Shown one piece after another: positions 24,534 through 36,097 of a stretch of DNA of 64,000 nucleotides. This DNA comes from Botryllus schlosseri. Lineage: Eukaryota. The notes under the pieces are model-generated. The model ran no database searches. It worked only from the letters and a program-made list of their open reading frames with translations, and was not told the DNA's origin. Within the stretch, counting starts at the first letter, position 1, and each line of letters begins with the position of its first letter. The DNA lies in NCBI GenBank assembly GCA_051294905.1, contig CM119373.1, forward strand, positions 4,466,001 through 4,530,000. The letters are read 5' to 3'. The position numbers and the translations under genes were made by a program.

Positions 24534-27500
24534 GCGTAACTTACGACATGGATTCCAAAAGCTGACACGAGCTCAAACGTGTAAATTGCGGAATTATATC
24601 ACACCTTATTCGCAATAACGAATAACCTGCTCTTTAAAGAAAAATGCTATATCATGATTGTACGTCGACTAAATTGTCTTTGTTGCTATCTGGATCGACT
24701 TATTGTTGTATCTCTTCCATTTCACAGGATATTTCAAGTAAGTTGTTAACTGATCAGTTGATATGCCCGTTGGAATTCGACAATGCATGCTGTTGCTATT
24801 CCCTTTGCGATTTTATCGTTGGTACCGCATGACTTTAATGGCTTGACGGGTTATACAATCCGGAAATTCATCGGTGTAGCAAATATCAACCGCCACGGAT
24901 GTGCGTAATGGGGTGTTACTACAAACGTAGATTACGATTATTTCAGCTCAAGATGGCCTGGATCAACTTGTGGAATCTCTAAAAGGTCGGAATATTGCCT
25001 CTTTCGACACTACAATTGATGCTGAAATCGAGGCTCCATCGACAAGACAAAGAACAGGTGGACATGTCACGGCGACCACAACGTCTACCCAGAAGATTGC
25101 TACGAGTGAGTATAAATCGTGATAGTCAATTGTGAAATATCACAATCATGCGTCATATCATACCGCTATCATGGTAGCGGAATATGCTCTCGAACATTGC
25201 TCTATTGCAGTGGAGACAGCAGTTATTTAGCGTTGTATTGAAGATACATACTGTAGTTTCGACATCAACAGATTTCCAATTTACGACTCAATGTACGCGT
25301 ACGACCAAATCTACTTTTCAAAAATACCTAATTCATTACCTTTCAGGCCAGTCATTTTCTATTTCTACTTGAATTAGTTTTGAAATATCTTTTAAATAGT
25401 TATTTTAACTTGCAATTGATTAGAAAGTTATAATAACATTACAAGTAAAGTAGATGAGAACTAGATAGCATTTCGTACTACCGGAACCGCCTGTTGTAAC
25501 CTCCGGTTTTTATTTAGAACCATACAACATTCCTAACCTGAGAAAAACGAAGGGTTATTTGAAATTAACTATTTCTAAAAAGATTGTTTTCAGAATCCAC
25601 AATTGCGACCTCAAAATACTGGTTGGGTGTTAGAACGCAGCTGTGATAAATGGTGATAGTAGTGCGAAAAGCAACTTTGGGTAACTTGCTAAAACAGCCA
25701 TTACCGAGGGGCGTCCAGTTCTTGATGTCCGGATAAATCATACATGAAAAATCATACATGACCCATGAAAGGAAAATCCCCATATTTCGTAACAATCTCG
25801 TCTACACATTGTTTCAGCCTGTATTCTTGATGTTCATGTATAGCTTTGATGCTCAGCTGTTTCTGCGTCGTTCTATAAGATGTGGTTGCCAACCTGGTGG
25901 TCATGCTCATGGGCCCATATGAACCTTTTTATGTGGGACGTGGGTCCATGAAAACAAAAATGATATCAATGAGATATCAATGACGAGTTTTCGCCACAAT
26001 AAGCCACTCTATTATGTGTGATAAGAACGAAATATATGCCATTCAGGCCAGCCTCTAAATTTACATTCGCATTTAATTCATCATAATAACCTTTTCCCGC
26101 GGTGACTGAAGGACCACCTAAACAAACCAATGTCCAGAGACGATACATTTCAATCGCTTTGAATCAAGTTTTGGAATGGCAGAGGATACCATTATAATTA
26201 TCATTTCAGGGTGCAATGTCTCTGTTTTCACTTTCCCAAAGAAGGACCATCTTAATTATTTGCGATACAACAGCACGTTACCAGAGTTGACTTCACACTG
26301 TAAACGAAAATGGTGTGTTTTCGCAATTCACACCCTAGCGCAGGGTGTGTTTTGGGTCATCACACCTATTGGGTACTAAATTTGTCATTTACACCTAAGC
26401 TATTGGTGGAAATGAGCCGAATACACCCCTACACACATATACCATAAGATATACACCCCTAGCATTGGCATTTGGGGTGAATTGTTAAAGATTACACCTT
26501 TTGTCAGACAAATATGAAGTTTGGGATTCAATCCGCGCTAGCCGCTTCCACATAACTTGACTGTTAAAGTTTTAAGTCTGTGTCGGTCAGAAGCCTGGTT
26601 AAGCAGGCAGGGGTGCGGCAAGTCTGCATTCTTGTTAAAAATTCAGTCGAATCACTGTACTGATCATTGTATGGGCACTGGGCAGTGGGCACTTGAGAAC
26701 TTCTCTGCTGTGTCTAACTGTAGGTCGTGTAGGACATATTCTCTTTGGGGTTGAATTATCCACCGAAAATGCGTGTTTTCGCCCACTTTATTGTTGTCCA
26801 TGTCTTTAAGGCTTCTTGGGTAGGCTTCGGCAATGTTCCATTGTTCAGTTTTTATGGATTTAACCCGGTTCGATCAAGTAAATTCGCCTACGCATATAGT
26901 TTCAGCTTCAGTGACAAATAAGCATTCGTTGTATAAGTTCGTGTGCTACATTGCCATGAATGAATAATAGCTAAGTCCGCAATACCACATTGTAATTCAC
27001 ATTTATCGTGCACTGCGGTACTCGTACTTTGGCTGAAATTTCACCCTGTCTACTATAGTGTGACCGATGTATCTCAAGTGTGTGGCAAAAATACGACACA
27101 TTATGAAGTTGTCACGATACTGGTTTAGAATTTCTTTCATGTCACGTCAAATGCACAATTGTACATTGTACGTAGCCTATATGTACAAAATACATCGGGC
27201 CTATTCCGCACAGCATTAGTGTATAACCACAATATAATGCAGGTTAAGGGTATTTAGAGCTGGGAATACTAGAAGGAGTTAAATTTCAGCCACAAACTTA
27301 TATGAGCAGTACGCAATATGGGCGTAGCAAGAATTCAAATTAGAATGGAACACCAGGTTACGTCACGGAACAATCATTGAATTGGGCGAAAGAGGGACTA
27401 AATTGGGCAAAGTTTCCTGGTTATTTTCATATCTATATTGATGTGTTATTCACTATTTGGTAGCTTTATGAATTGCACACTAAGCCTAACCGACAATTCG

Positions 27501-29523
27501 CATATAGCTTTCGGATCGTATCAATGGTTCGATCTATGAAGATAAATCTAGTACTGCAAGACTTTTTGAAGCTTATTATGATACAATCTGCAGCTTCACA
27601 GCTATCAAATCCATATTTCCGATAAATCAATTATAGTATACATACAAATATTCCGGAGATCCTTAACTTCAATATAGTTATTACATCAGTGAGTCTATTG
27701 TCACATCATAATGGAATATACAAACCGTCGTCACCAGAACAGCTGCTGCTATGTTTGGCTACAGCTATGTAAAATGTTTCGTTATATGCCGTATTTCCGC
27801 GCTTAAGAGACCAGACTGGCTATCGACTGACCGTATTAGTCGTCGTGAATCTGTGAAGAAAGCCTCTTTCGAGATTGAAAATATCTGGAGGGTGAGTTAC
27901 ATTTCGTATCTGTACTATTGTAGTAAAGAACATTTGTTCCGTTGCGTTTCCAGTACAGATCCGATTCCTGTTACTCAGTGTCGCAGCTGTACTGAACAGA
28001 ATTATATGTAGCAAGTTGGAATTTTAAACGTACCGGTAGTGACGATACATTGAATTCACATAAATTGTTGTATCACCAGTACCGATACCAATCTCCAAGA
28101 CACAGTAGCTCAATGTCTCTAATGGAGATACTGTTGACAGGTCTAGCATTAGCTATGATTATAAACTACGGTAATTTGGGTTTGAGCGACATCGTTTGTA
28201 AGTGCATTGAAAAAAAAAATCGACTCGATCGTCGTTATATTGATTACCAAAGCACATCACGACCTGTTTGAGTGTAAAGAGTAGCCTACCACTGACTATG
28301 CAGAGCTATGTTTATAGGCCTATCACCCTGTCATTATCACTGAGCTATATACACATTATATATTATGTTATGTTATGGTAGGAAGGTAAACATATTATCT
28401 ATTCTACTTCAGACTTGCATGGGCAAAGATCGCAAATTTGGGGCTCTTGAAGAATGAAATTATCGATTTCTCCTCATGAGAAAACAAGTGTAACATACAA
28501 ACAGCAAAGGGCTGAAGCATATGAAGCAATGGTATCTGAGGTGAGCAATGGACATTTGATGAAAGCTTTCGATCCCCGTAAATTGGGGCCAGTAAATGTT
28601 AATGATATTATAACATGGGTGAAAATATGACGATGCTATATTGCTATCACTATGAATATGAGAGACTTGACTAGGAACAGGCTTACCTCATTGAACATAT
28701 TTTGCAGTGGCCCCCTCAGACTATCTGCTAAGAGTATGTGACCCATCAACTAGACTACTTCTTTTGAAACTACTTCTCTGAGTTCTGTTCATATATTCAT
28801 TTTAATTTGAAGCAGCTTGACATGGATTTGACATAGCCACTTCTATATGCTTGTCATTGAGTAGAAATTGACATCTATTGCTTGAGTAGCAATGCGCACT
28901 ACTGCGGTCAACTCGGTGTGCAACAATGCACGGATTAGCTGGGTCTTCAATGTTTTGACCAATATGAAGAGGCAAACATAGCCTTGCCAAAGTTTATCAA
29001 ACTATCCTTTCGATCAATATAAACAAATCATAATATATGCACTTCTTGACTCATGATATGACATACACACGATCTGTGCATATGCACAAATCTGCTTTTT
29101 GTTAGATTCAAGGACTGATTGCTATTAGTAGCAGACTCTTACTCTGTGAATGTGAAATCAAATATGTTGTTGGTGAGTAATATACTATGCGTAGGATAGT
29201 TACAAAATTGTACTTTAACTCGCTTATTTACAAGCATAAAGCAAGTCAAGGCTACAACATCAGTACACATTTCGGATGTCTTGGGCCTTTCGAATCCAAT
29301 CCAAATTGTCAACTAAACGTTTACCGTATGCCTCATGGTTATTTTTTCAATTTTAGGATGCTGCTATACAAGCTAATATCATGGAATTTCAACCAAATCG
29401 ACGTCACATTTAACGGTAGAAGCGTATGCTGCAAAACAGTAAAGGATCGTTATCAAACAGCTTATATTCCAAGGTAATCATTATCATTCAACTAATTTGC
29501 AAATTTCCATGTATAGGCTAAGG

Positions 29524-29879
29524 CAGTGGTTCCCAACGTGGGCGATATCGCCCCCCAGGGGGCGATTTGGCGGTCTAGGGGAGCGAAAATGACGAAGGGG
29601 GCGACAGGGGGCGAAAATGGACTAAGGGGGCGACGGGGGGCGAGAGGGGGGCGATGACGCGTCAAAACGGCTGACCTTTTTTTTTAGTCAACCCACGGAA
29701 ATTTAGTTACAAAAGTGTGTCAAATTAGACATCGAGCCGAAAATTTGACCTTTTTTTTTAGTCAACCCGCCGGTGATTACAGTTTGTATGCCCAATTTTC
29801 GGTACACAAAATTTTGGGAGGATGATCGATGTTGACCTTGAAAAGGGGGCGATGGGTCGAAAAAGGTTGGGAACCACTG
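29524..29879. mobile_element. hAT-type MITE with GGGGGCGA repeats, nested in the 6.1-kb element
   Basis: TIRs CAGTGGTTCCCAAC / GTTGGGAACCACTG. Perfect TSD GGCTAAGG. Related partial end at ~23375-23499. Confidence 0.92.
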
Positions 29880-30724
29880 GGCTAAGGCAAGTCAAGGTTT
29901 CCTAATCAGACCTGTATCTGCGGTCGCTTTGAATCCATTCTGAAAGTCAATATTGCCCAACTAGAAAACGTTTCGTGTTTTGGATTAATACCAAGTAGTC
30001 AAATTTAAATCAAGTCCATGCATCTCTTTCTCTGATTATTTTTTAAATTTTAGGATGCTGCTTAAAGACTGCATGCTCCAAGAGCAAGATTATATCACTG
30101 GAACTAACCGAGTTTAGGAGTATGCTGCGACAACTGAAAGACTCGTTATCAAGCCAGCAGGTATGACAACTTTGTTAACGACACCTGATGTCAACTTTCG
30201 TAGTCGCATCTATGAGGTAAAACAAAGCAGAGATGGTCAAAGTTACCAGCGTTGTTACTCAAGTCGATGTAGAAATACCAACTTCAATTTATACTCGATT
30301 ACAAGTAGATGCAACAGTTCCCAATACAAGTCAAAACTACGCCAAGTGGAAGTAGAATACGAAATGTTGGAAAAATAGTCAAGTATGGTACGCAGATTTT
30401 CAGAGGATTCTACCTTGAAAATTGCGATATGAATCCTCGCGACTAATATAAAATTACTAATGGCATATGACACTACTAACAGCAAGAATCTTTAAAAATA
30501 TATTCATTTATTTCTGATATAGGCGGTGTTGCTAGTATTCTAGTTGTCTAATTATCCTAATTGAAGCTATTCTAATTTGGGAAATGTTTCTATGCTCTAA
30601 TTCCAATTCTAATCGAATGTATGAAATCTTTCTATGGTCTAATTTTAAGTCTAATCTAATGTCTGGTTTTCCTGGAAATGCTACAGGAGAACTGTATAGT
30701 GCGAAACAAGCCACGCTTGCTGTA

Positions 30725-31392
30725 CAGTAGGGGTGTTAAAAATGAATCTTTAGTCTCAAATTCTTCTGGCTACTTGGTAAAATTGTTAGATTACGGAATT
30801 GAAGCCTAAACACCAAATTTGGTTCAATTCCAACCAGTAGCCGCATTGCTACAGGAGAAGAAAATTATTTTATTTATTATTTAAAAATTAGTAAAAAAAT
30901 TCAAAATTTTCTGTTCACCCTTGAAATTGTAAGGTTGTCTATAGAAACGATGCCCACCAAATTTGCCTCAAATCAAACCAGCCGAAGCGGAGTTATTGAT
31001 TTCGAAAAATTTGGATTTGAATAAAATAGTATTTACGGTGGGCACAACAGTCATAAATGGTTAAAGAATCGTTCACCGTAAATACTATTTTATTAAAATC
31101 CAAAATTTTGTGACGGCAATAACTCCGCTTCCACTGGTTGGAATTGAGCCAAATCGGTTATGCATTGTTGCTATAGACAACCTAACAATTTAATGGGGTG
31201 AACAGAAAATTTTAATTCTTTTTTCGTTCATTTTCATATAATAAATAAAAAACTTTCTTCTCCTGTAGCAATGCGGCTACTGGTTGGAATCAAACCAAAT
31301 TTGGTGTGCAGGCTTCAATTAGGTAACCTAACAATTTTATCAAGTAGCCAGTAGAATTTGAAAGAAAACGTCATTTTTGGACACCCCTACTG
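30725..31392. mobile_element. Foldback (near fully palindromic) MITE with TA target, Tc1/mariner-type
   Basis: TA|CAGTAGGGGTG...CACCCCTACTG|TA. Arms of ~315 bp are complementary up to a ~33-bp centre near 31041-31073. Confidence 0.88.
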
Positions 31393-33392
31393 TACAGTAG
31401 ACATTTGCTATTCTCATGCTCATAAGATGAACTATGATTTGATATTAACGGAGTTTGGTTCAACTTTTGGCGATTTCAGTAATTCTAATTCTAATCTAAT
31501 TTGAAAACAACTGTTAGCTAGAATTATAATTTTAATCTAATTTCCAACTGTGTAGCTCAAATTTTAATTCTCCTCTAATTCGAAAAAATAACTTGTAGTT
31601 GTAATATAATTCCAATCCAATTTGGAAAAGGGGAACGTTTTCTAGTTGTCCAAGTCTGCCTGTTACATGCGGTTTGCATGAAAACTATCCATAAATTTCC
31701 ATCTTGTCGATGCCTAATTGCCCACACATACAGTGATCGTGTGTGAACATGTTTCCTATAGCGGTAAGTTCACCCTATCGGACCACAGTCTGTGCTGCAA
31801 TTCCGCTAAGTACTTTGTGAAAATATATATACTTTGTAATGGCTTCTATTTTTGTGGTCTTTCATTAAGTTATGCATGTTAGCATATGTGCCTGTTATTT
31901 GGGTTGTGAATATGCATTTTGATTTCAGGATGATGCCACAAGTTCTTGCTGAAGATAGTGACTCAGCCTTCGCCGTACAAGAGTGTTTTTCGGAAACCTG
32001 GACGAGGCGACTTCCCAATACTACATGGGCAATGTTCTTCGAGCAGTATTTTCAGTGAATTTTTTTCTCCGTCGCTGGGATCTCTGTTTTTGTTATTTCA
32101 CGAAATATGTTTCCATTTTATGTTATTATGGTTCAATTGATATCGAATATATGCAATCAAGAAAGTTTATTTGCAATAGCGTGCCATTTGGAAGAAGATG
32201 CAGGATTTCAAGTGGGGTGTATATATTGAAATTCCGCCCCAATCAATTCTAATGGCTAGGGTGAGATATCCGATATACACCGCAAGGAATGGGGTGGATT
32301 CTGGTCATTCACACCAGCAGGGTTACGTAAGTTCTGTTTTCGTGTACCACCTTTTGGGGTGTGTATAACCACTCTTTTCGCTAAGAGTGCACTGACCGTT
32401 TGCTGTTGGGTAAAGCCTGTTAGTCAGAATCAGTTCGTGAAAGGATCTGTCATAAGTTACTGCACGGAAAACGCTGGAAGCTGCAACACATTTCTTGTTT
32501 CGTTACATATGGAATTTGTTGTTGTGCGCATAAACTCTCGGAAGTATAATTTCAGTCAAGTATCCCCCATAACTATTCGGTCGCACTTGTGTATTACCGC
32601 CGGCATCAATACAGTGGAGCTTTACATCAACGGCTCCAAATACATACCAAATAAGGACGGTAAAAACAAAGGAAATATACCGGGAGGGGGCGTACTTATC
32701 TTGGGTCAGGATCAAGATGGTAATATAAATGCGAGTTCTCCTGGTGCGCCACAGAATGGCAATCAAGGATTTCGAGGAGAAATACATGGACTTCGTCTCT
32801 GGAAGAGAGTTATGAATCAAGAAGAAATCCTGGGTCTATATCGGTCACGATGCAATTGCGCGAATGACTCAATAATAACCTTCACCGAGTTCAACTCCAT
32901 CATAAGAGGAGACGTCACCGCAACCTACAATGTATCCTGTGATTACAATGAGTAATTGCCGATTTTCACTTCCGGACTCCAATGTTGCTGATTGAAAATG
33001 AAACAATTCAGATATGAAGACGTATCATATTACACCACTCGAGACCGTTCAAAGCATTTAAAAAATGCGCACAATGCATTTCATCGGAGCATGAGATTTT
33101 GCGGAATCAGCAGAAATTGCAGTCGGTTACCCATATATAACAGCATAATCGAATTTGTAAATTCGAGCAATATATAAATGTATGTGCTTGGTGGTAACTT
33201 TACAAACGACTTGTAATAGTAAGAGATGCTAAAGGGCAAATGGCATTTCCACTGTCGTGAAATCGATTGCATATACCGATGTGATGGATTGGGCGATTTC
33301 TCGAACGATTACATTGAATATTGCAGGAATATGAGTTCAATCGTACCACGAGCACACAATGTAATATTATGTTTCCTCAAATGTACTTTGGG

Positions 33393-33642
33393 TAGGGTTA
33401 CCATACGTGCTTTTTTAAGAGGATTTGTCCTCTTTTTTACTTTTATAAGGGTCCTTGGATGACGCCCAAATACCCATTTTTTTGTGATTTTGTCGTCATT
33501 TTTGAGAATTATGGTTAAATACAGGGCCAAATTCGACTGAAATACCGTAAATCAGCACTGACGTAACGCTGCGACGGGTATTTCAGGAGCGAAAAAGTGT
33601 CCTCTTTTCACATTTTCAAAATATGGTAAGGTGGTAACCCTA
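33393..33642. mobile_element. hAT-type MITE downstream of copy B
   Basis: TIRs TAGGGTTACCA / TGGTAACCCTA. TSD ACTTTGGG / ACATTGGG. Absent at the paralogous site downstream of copy A. Confidence 0.85.
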
Positions 33643-34883
33643 ACATTGGGTGGTGGTAAAGTAACGTTATCACCCTGAATGTATAGTGTTGTCGTAAGAT
33701 CTCTTACAACAGGACGTCCTAATATATTGGTGTTCACAAATTAAGCTCTCATGTTTCATGGCGATATAGCCAGTACCAGAAGAACCAAAGAGCATATGGC
33801 AGTGGTTTTACAGTTGGTATTATTATTGTAACATGGTGGATTCATGGCGTAGAATCCACCAATGGATATTTGGAAAGAAGTCGGTACTATTTTCATGTGG
33901 TAACGTTGATTTTCAGCTGCAGGTTTGCCTCCGCATTAACATATACGAGTCTGCGTAGTTTTTCTGTTTGTTTTCTTTCCTAACAAGGGCATAAAACCTT
34001 TTATAAAAATGTAACAATGGATTAGAACAGTGCTTCACAAACGTTCCTGACTCATAGACCAGCCACCAAACTCAACATATGTGTATCGCCCTACTAAAAT
34101 CCAGAATTCGTCGCTAACGAAGTACTTCTACTTTTGCGTACTACTCAAGTACGCTTGTCAACAAGTTTCACTTACTCAGGTAGTATTGTTTGTAGATCCG
34201 TTGTAGGCAGACCTAAATTAGGGTTACCGTGTCAAGATCCGCGAAAGAGGACACTTTTTACGTCTGACATAAGCATACAATGAAACGCGAGAATTTTACG
34301 GATATAATGGTTATCGCTCATGGTTTGACAGGAAAAAAGGTAACTTTTCCGAGCTGGTGCCTGAAAAATCGGTTTCCCACGATTGATAAATGGATAGATT
34401 CACTTATTTGTGACACCAGTGTAAATCCGGTACGGGCCAGGATGAAGACGAGTGGCCGTGATGCCTTAGTACACACGCCACGTGATGGAGTATACACATT
34501 ACATTCAATGTCGCATTAGAATGAGAATGAATAAATGGAAACTACAAACAAATTGCTCCACGTTGGTCGTTTGGTTGACCTTTTTTATCATCCTACGCCT
34601 CATTGGTGTGGAAAGTCAGCTTTAACGTGTCTTTACGCTGCCGATATCACCATTTTAGGTGTCTCCATTTCATCATCTAACACTCCCGGTCATAAAAAAG
34701 GACGATTTGCGAAGAAAAAGTACAATTAAGCGTCCTCCGAGGAAATGTCGATGTTCTTGAAAGTAGAAGACGAATTCTCATAAATGAAGACATTACTTCC
34801 ATACTTGAAAGTTTTATTCTTGTGTGGGAATACTAATTTTTGCATACGTAGTTTTTGGATGTACTTTACCAACGTGTTGCTAT

Positions 34884-36097
34884 CAGGGCTTTGCAGCCGG
34901 AGCCGTGCATTTTCACCGGAGCCGGAGCTCTACATAAAATTCAGCCGGAGCCGGAGCTCATTATTTGAGAAGTACCTGCGGCTCCGAGTATTTCATAAGA
35001 TGCTATTATGTATGCAACAACCATATCTGCTGATTTCACATAATTGAACAGCAGGCCTGAAATTTAATGCTGTGCACAGCAATGGCATGGAGCGAAGTGC
35101 GTTCTAGTGCAACTATGATGTTATCCACAATTGACAAGTATTCATTATGACATACAAGACGTAACGGCGGCACCTATCTCTTCGTTGCTGCACCCGATGT
35201 TACTGACGGCTGACATACTCTAGATTACTATAGATAACTAACCTATGGGTAGATTAGTAATCTATATAGACCAGCGATGGCCAACGTTTTCGGCTAAAGC
35301 GGCGCATGCAATTGACGAACGAGAGCGCGATCCAATAGCCGCGCCAAGCGGGTAAAATTTTCAAAGTTTTTAAATGAACTAGGTCAATAATATTATTACT
35401 TGAGTATATTGTGGGTCTGCTGTATACCGCCCGATCGGCTTAGTTTGCAAGGACACAACTATTCGGCGTCTGGACACATCGATACCGAAGGTTTCCGGTA
35501 ATATGTGACAATCATTTTGTGCTTACATTTCATCGTCAACAATCTTTCTGCGAGCGCATACGCGAAAATACTTTCTCCCGTAATTGCGAATACCGTTAGA
35601 CTCAATCGGGTAAATTAGGCGTTTTCTATTTTCATGAGGGGGTAGGCTACCAAGCAAGAAATCGCGCGACAATTAAACACGCGAAGCGTGAAAAAAAAAT
35701 GCACTACTATTTTAGTTTATTGTAATGTAGGACGATTTACTAAAATTGTGACTGGACCCTGTATCTGCCAATGCGTCGGAACTGATATTTTAGTCATCAA
35801 CATCCCAAGTGTCGCAGCCAGACTTGTAATTTTGGGTTGGCCTGGCAAGTTGACAGTCTGAGCAATTCATTTTCGATAATATAACAGGATTTCGATAATA
35901 TAATAGGAAATTACCTCGTGGGTCATATTTGGCCCGCGGACCGCGGGTTAGCCACCCCTGATATAGACAGACCCATTTGATGATTTTCAGAGCCGGAGCT
36001 GGAGCCGGCGAAGTGGTAATAATGCTAATGTATGATAGAAGAAAGCTCCGGAGCCGGAGCAGGAGCAGTTAAAATTTACGGCTGCTCCAAAGCCCTC
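34884..36097 (+). mobile_element. hAT-type element with CCGGAG repeats, hosting nested MITE 35272-35960
   Basis: Ends CAGGGCTTTG / CAAAGCCCTC with TSD GTTGCTAT / GTTGCTAC. Nested element CAGCGATGGCCAAC / GTTAGCCACCCCTG with perfect TSD ATATAGAC. Confidence 0.85.

Larger units (their letters stand above)
26296..32389. mobile_element. 6.1-kb non-autonomous EnSpm/CACTA (CMC)-type transposon inserted in the pentraxin exon of copy B
   Basis: Imperfect TIRs CACTGTAAACGAAAATGGTG / (rc) CACTCTTAGCGAAAAGAGTG. 2-bp TSD CA (26294-5, 32390-1), deduced by comparison with copy A (ACT TCA CTG ACT). ACACC/GGTGT subterminal repeats at both ends. No transposase ORF. Confidence 0.88.
17596..32955 (+). pseudogene. 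Pentraxin-domain gene copy B (5 exons: 17596-17668, 21114-21154, 24728-24737, 24947-25105, 26210-26295 + 32392-32955), disrupted by transposon insertion
   Basis: All junctions are GT-AG with compatible phases (1,0,1,1). Joined product: MAVCPMLFATFKFAALFIAATSLS-GYFDFSRANGNQCF-DIS-TQDGLDQLVESLKG...TQKIAT-RCNVSVFTFPKK...PELTS|LTVCCWVKP...SHLCIT...LILGQDQD...YNVSCDYNE. There are no stops once the insertion and one TSD copy are removed. Confidence 0.8.

Noticed and set aside
32359..32391. N-terminus MCITTLFAKSA of the 198-aa ORF as a real start
   Set aside because: It is encoded by the transposon's right TIR. The true upstream sequence is at 26210-26295.
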